The notes under the pieces: generated by a model
Databases searched by the model: none
What the model was told of the DNA's origin: nothing
What the model saw: the letters and a program-made list of their open reading frames with translations, nothing else
Program-made: the position numbers and the translations under genes
In this document: piece after piece, positions 37,306-45,263 of the stretch
Numbering within the stretch: the stretch's first letter is position 1
Layout: every line of letters starts with the position of its first letter
Origin: a virus
Taxonomy: Duplodnaviria; Caudoviricetes
Length of the DNA stretch: 46,771 nucleotides
Reading direction: 5' to 3' (one strand)
Virus record (IMG/VR): IMGVR_UViG_3300027828_000007
Location: 1-46,771 of that record

Positions 37306-37634
37306 TTGCTTTCACCTCTGGCTTTTGCGAGAGCATCAATGGCTGCTCCCACCGCCTTGCGACCCTCTTCGCTGTCAGCATTGCGAACCTGCACAACTCC
37401 CTCGCCGTCCATGTAGAGGTCGAGATCAAGCAAAAGCTCCAACGCTCCATAAAGTTCAGGCGCAGCCGCTATAAGGTGGGCGTTGGCTTCGCGGTGAGGA
37501 CCGAAAGCGTGGGCGACGTAGATGCCACCATTTCGGCCATCAGCGCCAATCAGCACCCGCTCATACTTGCCAAGGGCGGCGACAGCGGGCCAATCAATCT
37601 CCCAAGGCCCAGACGTAAATTTTGATTCGGTCAT
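37302..37634 (-). CDS. 'SGPW...ANAHLIAAAPEL' family protein, first gene of leftward early operon
   Basis: AAGGAGGA SD; motif. Confidence 0.75.
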   Translation of the reverse strand: MTESKFTSGPWEIDWPAVAALGKYERVLIGADGRNGGIYVAHAFGPHREANAHLIAAAPELYGALELLLDLDLYMDGEGVVQVRNADSEEGRKAVGAAIDALAKARGESK

Positions 37635-37654
37635 CTCAATTCCTCCTTGTCCCC

Positions 37655-37683
37655 AACATAATTCCAATCGGCAACGGCGTCAA
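37655..37683 (-). promoter_or_regulatory. Leftward sigma70-like promoter
   Basis: TTGACG-N17-TATGTT. Confidence 0.7.
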
Positions 37684-37696
37684 TGCTGAAATGCAA

Positions 37697-37725
37697 TTGA
37701 CAGACATTTTTTTTTGCCGCAAATT
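37697..37725 (+). promoter_or_regulatory. Rightward sigma70-like promoter (leaderless cro-like mRNA)
   Basis: TTGACA-N17-CAAATT, 6 nt before ATG 37732, no SD. Confidence 0.7.
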
Positions 37726-37731
37726 GACCCC

Positions 37732-37950
37732 ATGAATAGCACGAAGAAGTTTTTGCGCGAATGCGAGGCGTTCATAAAAGCGTCCGGCATTACGCAGGCC
37801 CAGTTCGGGCGTGAGGCCGTGAATGACACGGGCTTTATCTCCAAAGTACGTGGTGGGCGGTCGCCTTCTTTGGCCACCGCTGACCGCGTATATCAATACA
37901 TGAAACGCAAATCCCCTGGCAGTCCCCCCAACACCACTGTCAAGGGCTAG
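37732..37950 (+). CDS. Cro-like HTH regulator
   Basis: EAFIKASGITQAQFGREAVND..FI..VRGGRSPSL.TADRV..YM. Confidence 0.85.
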   Translation: MNSTKKFLRECEAFIKASGITQAQFGREAVNDTGFISKVRGGRSPSLATADRVYQYMKRKSPGSPPNTTVKG

Positions 37951-37988
37951 GGGCGGCGGGGGCTGCCCCCAAGTAACCTCGCCGTCCC
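37913..37988 (+). other. Twin hairpins with CCCCAA-containing loops after cro
   Basis: CCCTGGCAGT/ACTGTCAAGGG and GGGGCGGCGGGG/CCTCGCCGTCCC stems, about 3 nt apart. Confidence 0.55.
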
Positions 37989-38006
37989 ACATTAACGAGG
38001 AACCTC

Positions 38007-38366
38007 ATGGCTGAAAACACCAACAATCTATCACACGGAAACGGATTTGACCCCGATGTTATCGAGAGATACGTCTCTCGCTTTGACACCCTGGAAGCCA
38101 CCAAGGACAAGCTGAAAGAAGAACACAAGGCCGAGATTGACAGCCTGAAAGAAGATCAGCGCATTGTTCTTGAGGAAGCGAAACGAGAGCACGGTATTCC
38201 CGTCAAAGCCTTCGAGCATTTCTTCAAGAAACGGGAATTGCAGCGGGCGCTGGCGGAATTCGATGAAAACGGCGACCCCGCAATAATTCACGATGCCGAC
38301 CTTATTGCCGCCGCCTTTGGCCTAGAAGGAACCCCTCTTGGTGATTTTGCCGAGGGGCGGGAATGA
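38007..38366 (+). CDS. GapR (DUF2312)-like DNA-binding protein
   Basis: ERYVSRFDTLE...EDQRIVLEEAKREHGIPVKAF pattern. Confidence 0.55.
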   Translation: MAENTNNLSHGNGFDPDVIERYVSRFDTLEATKDKLKEEHKAEIDSLKEDQRIVLEEAKREHGIPVKAFEHFFKKRELQRALAEFDENGDPAIIHDADLIAAAFGLEGTPLGDFAEGRE

Positions 38367-38707
38367 GCAAATACAAGGCCAAGCGCACCACCATTGATGG
38401 CATTACCTTCGCATCAAAAGCTGAAGCAAAGCGGTACGAAGAACTCAAATACATGGAAATGGCTGGCGAGATTGAATGGCTCGAACTCCAGCCCGTGTTC
38501 CCCCTTCATGCCACGGGCTTCACCGAAGAAGGGCTGACCAACATCAAGATTGGCAAGTATGTGGCGGATTTCCGCTATATCGACGCGGATTCGGGGCGGG
38601 AGATCATTGAGGACGTAAAGGGGTTCAAAACCCCCCTTTACAAATGGAAAAAGAAACATGCGGAAGCCGAGCATGGGGTTGAGATTGTCGAAATAACGTC
38701 AAGGTAG
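38363..38707 (+). CDS. DUF1064-like PD-(D/E)XK nuclease
   Basis: SKYKAK..DGITFASKAEA..YVADF.Y..EDVKG. Confidence 0.85.
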   Translation: MSKYKAKRTTIDGITFASKAEAKRYEELKYMEMAGEIEWLELQPVFPLHATGFTEEGLTNIKIGKYVADFRYIDADSGREIIEDVKGFKTPLYKWKKKHAEAEHGVEIVEITSR

Positions 38708-38718
38708 GAGGAAACGTA

Positions 38719-39156
38719 ATGGCACCGTGGACGGAAGAAAGAACGGATGAACTGAAACGCCGCTGGTTGGCGGGGGAATCCGCACTACAGATTGCTGTCC
38801 GGTTGGGTGATACAACCCGCAACGCCGTCATGGGTAAGCTGCACAGACTGGGCATTCCAAGCCCCAAGATGTACCCCCACGATGGGGCGCGGCGTCCCCG
38901 CGTTTCCATGCCCAAGCCTATGCCCAAGCCCCCCGTCATCAATGCTGGCCCGCCCGTCAAGACAGAGAGCGGATATATCACCCTCGCTGACCTGAAAGAC
39001 GGCATGTGCAAATGGCCGATAGGCGACCCACAACATGACGATTTCCATTTCTGTGGTCGCCCGTCAGTAGAACACCGTTCCTATTGCGAGGGCCATTGTG
39101 CCGCCGCGTACCGCCCTAATGCCAGGGGCCGTGGTGTTGTTGGGGGTGGGGAATGA
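38719..39156 (+). CDS. gcrA: GcrA-like cell-cycle regulator
   Basis: WTEER..LK..W..GESA.QIA..LG..RNAVMGKLHRLG; CKWPIGDP..FCG..YC..H. Confidence 0.9.
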   Translation: MAPWTEERTDELKRRWLAGESALQIAVRLGDTTRNAVMGKLHRLGIPSPKMYPHDGARRPRVSMPKPMPKPPVINAGPPVKTESGYITLADLKDGMCKWPIGDPQHDDFHFCGRPSVEHRSYCEGHCAAAYRPNARGRGVVGGGE

Positions 39157-39539
39157 GTACCTTGGGCCGACCGCTGTGTAAGTTCGTGTTCGAGGGCTCG
39201 GCGCTCACGGGTGATTACGTTTGCGCGGAATGCGGCGTCGGAATAAATCACCCATGCCCCAAGGCAGTAAGTGAACAACCCCAATCCATCCTCTCCCAAG
39301 CACAAGAGATAATCACAGAGCGTCACGAACGTTATGGCGATTGCAACAATGTCATGGCCGCGACCGCTGAAATGTTCCGCGTGTATCAGGGCCTCAAGCC
39401 CGGTGCCTCAAGCGCCCATGACGCGGCGGTGTTCAACATCATTCAAAAGCTGGTCCGCATCGGAAGCGGCCAATCCCACGCCGACAACTGGATCGACATC
39501 GCGGGTTACGCAAGCCTTGGGGCGGAAGTAAGCGAATGA
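39153..39539 (+). CDS. DUF6378-like protein
   Basis: IL..A.EII.ER..YGD...K..R..H.DNWIDIAGYA. Confidence 0.75.
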   Translation: MSTLGRPLCKFVFEGSALTGDYVCAECGVGINHPCPKAVSEQPQSILSQAQEIITERHERYGDCNNVMAATAEMFRVYQGLKPGASSAHDAAVFNIIQKLVRIGSGQSHADNWIDIAGYASLGAEVSE

Positions 39540-40219
39540 CCAAGTGGCGCGAGGAACAGATTGGCGACTGCCGCTTGATCTTGGGCGACTGCCTTGAAGT
39601 CATGCCCACGCTCGACCCTGTCGATGCGGTGGTGACAGACCCGCCCTATGGGATTGGACAGGACGGCGGGCGGGGGCACCGTAAATCGTCTCGCGCTAAG
39701 GTTCAGGAAAAGAAGTCGTGGGACCAATCGCGCCCCGATGCGAGGGTGTTCGAATGGATTGCTGCGGCACCCGCAGGATCAATCATTTGGGGCGGGAACT
39801 ATTTTGCGGACCTTCTTCCCCCTAGAATGGGCTGGCTTTATTGGCAAAAGTTGATCGGTGGAGATTTCTCAGACGGCGAACTAGCATGGACTTCCCGAAC
39901 GGCGGCCCTCAAGGAATTTACTTACCGTAAAACAAACGCGGAGATGGACCACCCAACCCAAAAGCCCGTCGCCCTTATGAAGTGGTGTCTCGGCTTTCTC
40001 CCCAATGCCCAAACCATCCTCGATCCTTTCATGGGCTCAGGCACGACAGGCGTTGCCTGCGTCAAGCTAGGTCGCCGCTTCATCGGCATTGAATTGGATG
40101 AAGGTTATTTTGACATCGCCTGCAAGCGGATTGAGAAGGCTTACGCGCAGCCCGATATGTTTATTGAACCGCCAGCACCAAAACCCAAGCAAGTGGATTT
40201 ATTGGAGGCTGGAGAATGA
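39536..40219 (+). CDS. Beta-class N6A/N4C DNA methyltransferase
   Basis: TDPPY, HPTQKP, DPFMGSGTTG. Confidence 0.9.
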   Translation: MTKWREEQIGDCRLILGDCLEVMPTLDPVDAVVTDPPYGIGQDGGRGHRKSSRAKVQEKKSWDQSRPDARVFEWIAAAPAGSIIWGGNYFADLLPPRMGWLYWQKLIGGDFSDGELAWTSRTAALKEFTYRKTNAEMDHPTQKPVALMKWCLGFLPNAQTILDPFMGSGTTGVACVKLGRRFIGIELDEGYFDIACKRIEKAYAQPDMFIEPPAPKPKQVDLLEAGE

Positions 40220-40554
40220 AACGGGTCATCATAGAGTCGCCTTTCGCTGGCCAAATTGAGCGCAATACAGAATACGCCCGCCGTTGCCTCAAAGATTCCC
40301 TTGATCGTGGCGAAGCGCCGTTAGCGTCTCACCTTCTCTATCCGCAAGTGCTGGATGAGAACGACCCCGCTCAACGCAGGCAGGGGATAGATGCGGGAAT
40401 GGCGTGGTGGTATCCGTGCCCCCCAAATCTCGCGTTCTATGTTGACTATGGGTTCAGCCCGGGAATGAAAAAGGCTTGGGACAAATCGTTAGACGGTGGA
40501 TGGTATCAAGAGCAGCGCACCATAGGCAAGAACCCCGGTGATGCGGATGACTGA
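40216..40554 (+). CDS. Nucleoside-deoxyribosyltransferase-fold small protein
   Basis: VIIESPFAG..N..YAR...GEAPLASHLLY...SPGM. Confidence 0.6.
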   Translation: MKRVIIESPFAGQIERNTEYARRCLKDSLDRGEAPLASHLLYPQVLDENDPAQRRQGIDAGMAWWYPCPPNLAFYVDYGFSPGMKKAWDKSLDGGWYQEQRTIGKNPGDADD

Positions 40555-41911
40555 CCCCGAGGAAGCCCGAGAAAGCCTATCCAACATCGAAGCCGAGCAG
40601 ATGGTTCTGGGCTGCCTGCTGATGAATAACGAGGCGTTCTATGGGGTGGATTCTATCCTGTCCCCCGATGATTTTTCCGAAGGGCTGCACCAGCGTATAT
40701 ACAATGTCATCACAAAGATGATCGAGAAGGGCGGGGCGGCAAGCCCCCTGACCCTCGGCAACTATTTCGATAAAGACCCTGCCATGCAGGAGATTGGTTC
40801 AGGCTATCTCTCGAACCTCGCGGCCAATTCCGTCCCCGCATCCATTGTGAAAGATCATGCGAATCTTGTTCGCCGCCTGAGTGTAAGGCGCGGGCTGCAC
40901 GATATGGGCACCGAGATTGTCGAGCAATCGCTTCACGACGATATAGACAACGACCCCGAAGCCCAGATCGAGGATATTCAAGCGTCTCTGGACGGGCTGT
41001 TGAGCAAGGACGTGAAGGAGGGCTCCAAATCCTTCGACAGAGCCTCACAGGACGCCCTGACACGCGCTGAAGAAGCCTTCAGGCGGAATGGCCCAAGCGG
41101 GCACCTGACGGGCCTCAGATGCCTTGACGCCCATATGGGAGGGTTCAACCCCACGGATATGATCGTGATCGCGGGTCGCCCCGGAATGGGTAAGACCGCA
41201 ATAGCCACAAATATATCCATAAATATGTCAAAAGAAGGCAAGTCCGGCCTGTTCTTTTCCATGGAAATGAGCGCGGACCAATTGGCCCAGCGCATCATGA
41301 GCGCGGAGACGGGCATCAGTGCCCAAGACGTGCAGCGCGGGAACATCAGCGAGAACCAATACAGGGCGATTAGAGACGCCCGTGAGAAGATAAAGAGCCT
41401 TCCTCTGGAGATTGACGAGCGCGGGGCATTGCGCCTCTCACAGCTCGCGGGAAAGGCCCGGAGGGTCAAGAGAACCAAGGGCCTGGATTATATCGTCGTC
41501 GATTATATGCAGTTAATGGGCAGTTCGGGGAAAACCCAGAACAACCGCACAAATGACGTGACTGAAATCACGGGTGGGCTCAAAGCATTGGCCAAGGAAT
41601 TGAATGTGCCTGTCATCGCCCTTTCCCAGCTTTCCAGAGCCGTAGAGCAGCGAGCGGTCAAGCGGCCCACGCTATCGGACCTCAGAGATTCAGGAAGCAT
41701 CGAGCAGGACGCGGACGTGATCCTGTTTCCTTACCGGGAAGAATACTACCTCCGCATGGAGGGTCTGACCGAAGACACCAGCGAGGCGCTGCGCGTTTGT
41801 GCTGGGACCGCTGACCTGATTCTGGCCAAGTGGCGACACGGGCCGACCGGGGATTTTGAACTCAGTTTCGACGCAAGCACCACGACATTCAGCGACCGGG
41901 GGCATCGGTGA
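40547..41911 (+). CDS. dnaB: Replicative DNA helicase
   Basis: AGRPGMGKT, FSMEMS, VVDYMQLM, ALSQLSR, DLRDSGSIEQDAD. Confidence 0.95.
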   Translation: MTDPEEARESLSNIEAEQMVLGCLLMNNEAFYGVDSILSPDDFSEGLHQRIYNVITKMIEKGGAASPLTLGNYFDKDPAMQEIGSGYLSNLAANSVPASIVKDHANLVRRLSVRRGLHDMGTEIVEQSLHDDIDNDPEAQIEDIQASLDGLLSKDVKEGSKSFDRASQDALTRAEEAFRRNGPSGHLTGLRCLDAHMGGFNPTDMIVIAGRPGMGKTAIATNISINMSKEGKSGLFFSMEMSADQLAQRIMSAETGISAQDVQRGNISENQYRAIRDAREKIKSLPLEIDERGALRLSQLAGKARRVKRTKGLDYIVVDYMQLMGSSGKTQNNRTNDVTEITGGLKALAKELNVPVIALSQLSRAVEQRAVKRPTLSDLRDSGSIEQDADVILFPYREEYYLRMEGLTEDTSEALRVCAGTADLILAKWRHGPTGDFELSFDASTTTFSDRGHR

Positions 41912-41917
41912 GTAATG

Positions 41918-41946
41918 TTGCCATTTTGTCCGACAGAGGATATTCT
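41918..41946 (+). promoter_or_regulatory. Sigma70-like promoter for ncRNA 2/initiator
   Basis: TTGCCA-N17-TATTCT; predicted start falls on GGGGCG at about 41952. Confidence 0.7.
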
Positions 41947-41951
41947 TTTAT

Positions 41952-42014
41952 GGGGCGCACAAAGCGCGGATTGATCCCCGCGTTGCGCTCGCTTCCGCAG
42001 GAGCGCCGCCCACC
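41952..42014 (+). ncRNA. Candidate tRNA-like/C4-like antisense RNA 2 (initiator leader)
   Basis: GGGCG/CGCCC followed by ACC; two 6-bp hairpins; loop regions antisense to 42023-42043 including the RBS. Confidence 0.55.
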
Positions 42015-42048
42015 TTCTTTCGCTGCGGGCAAACTGCGGGGATTTCCC

Positions 42049-42804
42049 ATGTGTTTCAATCTTGTCCACCAAGTCATTTACGGTGATCACAATCTCACCC
42101 AATCCGAAAAGCTGGTCCTGATTGTGCTTGCCGAGCACGCCAAGGAAGACCACGGGTGGGAGTGTTGGCCCACTGTTGAGCGGTTAATGCGTGCATCGTG
42201 CAGTAGCAGGCGGACCGTCCAGAGGGCGCTGCGGTCGCTTGAGGATATGGGGTACATCAGGATTGCCAAACATTCGACGGGGAGGCCGGGGGAGCCGACG
42301 ACCTACTGGGTAAATGCTGAATATGTCGCTAGGGGCGCCAGTGTGACGCCCGTAGAGGGGCGCCAGTGTGACGCGGAAGGGGCGTCAAATACGACACAGA
42401 CGGGCGCCAGTGTGACGCCCAAACCTGTAATAGAACCAGTAAGGGAACCTGTAACCGCGCGAACAGCCAAAAAAAGGGCTACGAGGATGCCCGATGATTT
42501 TCCTCTGAAGCTCGACCGAGATTGGGCCACTTCCAAAGGGCTTTCCGAGCATCAGGTCAATCGGGAGGTTGAGAAGTTCACGGAATACTGGGGCAACAAG
42601 ACGGGGCAGGGCTCAACGAAGCTCGATTGGTCAAAAACATGGAAGGTCTGGGTCAACAACGCCATTGACCGAGGATGGGTTGTGCTTTCGGGTGGTGAAC
42701 GACAGCTAACCGACATGGAACGCGAAGTATTGGAACGCCAGAAGAAACGGGAGGGTCCGTCTAACAGCGGACCCGTGTTTCTCGCGGCGGGAGGAATGAG
42801 ATGA
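42049..42804 (+). CDS. Replication initiator (N-terminal winged HTH)
   Basis: LTQSEKLVLIVLAEHA..CWPTVERL..SRRTVQRAL..LE; internal iterons; C-terminal F..YW...DW..TW..W. Confidence 0.85.
   Translation: MCFNLVHQVIYGDHNLTQSEKLVLIVLAEHAKEDHGWECWPTVERLMRASCSSRRTVQRALRSLEDMGYIRIAKHSTGRPGEPTTYWVNAEYVARGASVTPVEGRQCDAEGASNTTQTGASVTPKPVIEPVREPVTARTAKKRATRMPDDFPLKLDRDWATSKGLSEHQVNREVEKFTEYWGNKTGQGSTKLDWSKTWKVWVNNAIDRGWVVLSGGERQLTDMEREVLERQKKREGPSNSGPVFLAAGGMR
42333..42454 (+). repeat. Iterons and adjacent repeats (probable replication origin)
   Basis: GGGCGCCAGTGTGACGC at 42333, 42358 and 42402, degenerate copy at 42380; AACCWGTAA x3 with 12-bp period. Confidence 0.85.
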
Positions 42805-43154
42805 AACCCCGCCTTATCCCCAATACAGCCGCCTTCTATGAAGCCCTGAGAGATCGAAGGGAAGCATTGGGCCTTCATCACCTGGAGCTGGACGACATGA
42901 CGGGCCTTGCCGATGGCCACCTTTCCAAGATCGAAGGGTTTGACCGCGAATGGGGCAAGAGGCCGTTTAATATCACCCCCACCGCCGAATGGTTGATGGA
43001 GACACTGGACCTCGCCCTTGTGGTGATGCCCCGCAAGGACGCGATGCAGATCACCGACCGAACCGTGAGCCGGAAAATCACCCAGAGAGCGGGCCGCGAT
43101 GAAGGCCGGGCAATCATACTATCATACGCTGTGAGGTATCCAGATGGAGAATGA
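42801..43154 (+). CDS. XRE-type HTH protein
   Basis: LRDRREALGL..LELDDMTGLADGHLSKIE. Confidence 0.75.
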   Translation: MKPRLIPNTAAFYEALRDRREALGLHHLELDDMTGLADGHLSKIEGFDREWGKRPFNITPTAEWLMETLDLALVVMPRKDAMQITDRTVSRKITQRAGRDEGRAIILSYAVRYPDGE

Positions 43155-43344
43155 GATGAACGAAGAAGAAGCCAAAAAATGCTTTTGCCCACTACTTGCG
43201 TCAGCTGCGCTGATCGCAAATCTGGAGGGCGGTAAGGGCTATGGCAAATGCGTAGGGTCAAAGTGCATGTGGTGGAGGCCAACATACGGGGCTCTGACCC
43301 GCCGTGACGGGAACTGCGCGATAGTGAGTGAGGAAAGGCGATGA
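43144..43344 (+). CDS. Cys-rich small phage protein
   Basis: EEAKKCFCP..CVGSKCMWWR..GNC. Confidence 0.65.
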   Translation: MENEMNEEEAKKCFCPLLASAALIANLEGGKGYGKCVGSKCMWWRPTYGALTRRDGNCAIVSEERR

Positions 43345-43547
43345 CGAATGTGGTGAGGGGGCTTGTTGGCCGACTTGGCGTTATTTCTGTGATCGTGTTC
43401 GGCCCCATAGCATACCCAGATTTGCTCTGGTCAATAACGCCGGAGGGGGCTGTTGGTTTTCAGAAGTGGCTGTCAATCATCGGATTCTGGGTTCTGCTTG
43501 AACTATTCGGCGTATTCAGTTGGGCTTTTTATGGCGGGCGTAAATGA
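43341..43547 (+). CDS. Small two-TM protein
   Basis: GAGG SD; hydrophobic. Confidence 0.55.
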   Translation: MTNVVRGLVGRLGVISVIVFGPIAYPDLLWSITPEGAVGFQKWLSIIGFWVLLELFGVFSWAFYGGRK

Positions 43548-43667
43548 GGCCCGCGATCAGCAAAAACCAAAAACGCCTCAGAAGCTCGCCTAGGGGTGCG
43601 TTTGGGGGAAATGTCAAAATGATACGTTCGGATCGTAACTGCAACTGTGTGACGGCCCTGAGCCGTT

Positions 43668-44228
43668 GTGAGGTACATTGTGGCCACGAACCGAGACTGC
43701 CAATACTGCGGCACGAGATTTCGCGTCGAATTGAACTCCAGACTGTTTTGCTCTGGCCGATGCCGTCAGCGGTATCACCGCGAGAACCGACTGAAGTGTT
43801 TTTACTGTGGGGAACTCGGAACCAGCCGGGATCACATCTTCGCCCACTCAGCGAGAATAAACGTAGGGCGGGGAACCCGGAACTTCGCCGGGCAGGAGAC
43901 GGTAAATTCCTGCGACGAGTGCAACAATATCATGGGGAACAGGCACCCGTACAGCATTTTGGATCGCGTGGCGTATTTAATCGAGAGGTTGGACGCCAGA
44001 TATCAACTTCAGGTTCAAGTGCCGGAATGGGACGAGGAGGAGTTGGAAGAATTGGGGCAGAACTTGCGCCGCATGATCGGGGCAAAAATCAAGCAGCGGC
44101 AGCGCGCACTGGAGCGCAGGTCACATGCCAAGATCGTTTACGACCGCATTAACAGGCTAACCCATAGCGAAGATGAGATCCCCGAAGATGAGCGAGATAA
44201 GAGCAATGCGTCACCCGCCCCTGAATGA
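43668..44228 (+). CDS. HNH endonuclease-like protein with N-terminal zinc finger
   Basis: CQYC..FCS..C; CFYCG..RDHI...SCDECN. Confidence 0.7.
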   Translation: MRYIVATNRDCQYCGTRFRVELNSRLFCSGRCRQRYHRENRLKCFYCGELGTSRDHIFAHSARINVGRGTRNFAGQETVNSCDECNNIMGNRHPYSILDRVAYLIERLDARYQLQVQVPEWDEEELEELGQNLRRMIGAKIKQRQRALERRSHAKIVYDRINRLTHSEDEIPEDERDKSNASPAPE

Positions 44229-44613
44229 ATTGATGGTGAAACTTAAGGACGCCCAGCGCGCCTATCTCAAGGCCCTTGGATCTCGGGATGACGTGGTTTC
44301 CGACATCATGGGCCACGGGTTTTCACGGGACGCGGTTTTATTCGCGCTGCAAACGGTGGAAGCCAATCCGCAAGATGAGTTTGCCAAGATGGTGCAAGCC
44401 AAGGAATTGATCGAGGCTGCGCCGGGTGGGGCGACGGTTGAGTTTGTTTCCAAGGTGGAGACGCCGTATCGCAAGGACCATGAGATGCAGGTCAAGGCAT
44501 ATCAGGCGGGAAGGGACGCAGCGAAGGGTGGGGAAAGGTGTCAGAGCCCCTACGAGCCCGGAATCCTCCACCGCAAGTGGGTAGCAGGGTGGAGAGACTC
44601 AAAAAAAGGATAG
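44206..44613 (+). CDS. Helical (GapR-like?) protein with C-terminal RMF-like domain
   Basis: AYQAGRDAAKGG..CQSPY....RKWVAGWRD resembles ribosome modulation factor. Confidence 0.6.
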   Translation: MRHPPLNELMVKLKDAQRAYLKALGSRDDVVSDIMGHGFSRDAVLFALQTVEANPQDEFAKMVQAKELIEAAPGGATVEFVSKVETPYRKDHEMQVKAYQAGRDAAKGGERCQSPYEPGILHRKWVAGWRDSKKG

Positions 44614-44617
44614 GTTA

Positions 44618-44788
44618 ATGACAGGAGAGTATGAGGAAGCAATAATTCTTGGGCCGCGCGACCGTGTTAAGGTGATTGGGTCGGAGCGGGCGCTTTCGGT
44701 GCTTGAGAAAGAATTGCTTGCGGCGGGGTTTGTGTGGGATGAGTTGAGGACCGCGTGGGTGCGAACAGCGCGGCGCGGCGATGGCTGA
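44618..44788 (+). CDS. 56-aa hypothetical protein (not in ORF track)
   Basis: MTGEYEEAIILGPRD...; overlaps next start. Confidence 0.5.
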   Translation: MTGEYEEAIILGPRDRVKVIGSERALSVLEKELLAAGFVWDELRTAWVRTARRGDG

Positions 44789-45047
44789 CATTCTTTTTCA
44801 TTACGGCTTTCTGGGGGATTCGTGCTGTCAGATGGTGGGGTACGGTGATGGGGCGGGCGGCGTTTCTTGCCATGTCATGTTTGTGGACGAGACACAACGA
44901 CTTGATTACTCTGTTGGTCTTGAAGATTTGCTTATGGATATTTACGCATCCCCCGGCCAGAGTTGGGTGTTTAAGTACCCTGACCGGGAAGATGTCCACC
45001 GTAAATGGGTCCAGGGGTGGAAAGACTCCAAAGGCTCCAAGGCGTAA
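44781..45047 (+). CDS. Hypothetical protein with RMF-like C-terminus
   Basis: HRKWVQGWKDSK, homologous to the end of 44206-44613. Confidence 0.55.
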   Translation: MADILFHYGFLGDSCCQMVGYGDGAGGVSCHVMFVDETQRLDYSVGLEDLLMDIYASPGQSWVFKYPDREDVHRKWVQGWKDSKGSKA

Positions 45048-45077
45048 ATTTTCACCAGCGGGTTTAGTGTTGGCGGG

Positions 45078-45263
45078 TCATTGGTCCAGTTTCCGCAGTA
45101 GGTCAATTGCCGCGTCAACATCAGCAAGCAATGCCAGCTCTTCGTTTGGGTAGGTGTGGGGCGACCCTTGAGGTTGGTCAGCGTCCGCGCGCTGGTCGAA
45201 ATAGTTGCGTACGTCATCGAGTATTTCTGACGGCTTTGCCGCCCTGATTTGTGCTGGTATCAT
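45078..45263 (-). CDS. Hypothetical protein
   Basis: YFDQRADAD..PNEE..LL; coupled. Confidence 0.6.
   Translation of the reverse strand: MIPAQIRAAKPSEILDDVRNYFDQRADADQPQGSPHTYPNEELALLADVDAAIDLLRKLDQ

Noticed and set aside
39153-40554. Base-modification (e.g. dZ or 7-deazaguanine) pathway from DUF6378/NDT-like genes
   Set aside because: No PurZ, QueC/DpdA, kinase or phage DNA polymerase recognisable
41908-42048. N-terminal 47 aa of the initiator ORF
   Set aside because: Region holds a promoter and structured RNA; the HTH domain starts after ATG 42049
42333-42420. CRISPR mini-array
   Set aside because: Spacers are only a few bp and the repeats lie in-frame inside the initiator; consistent with iterons
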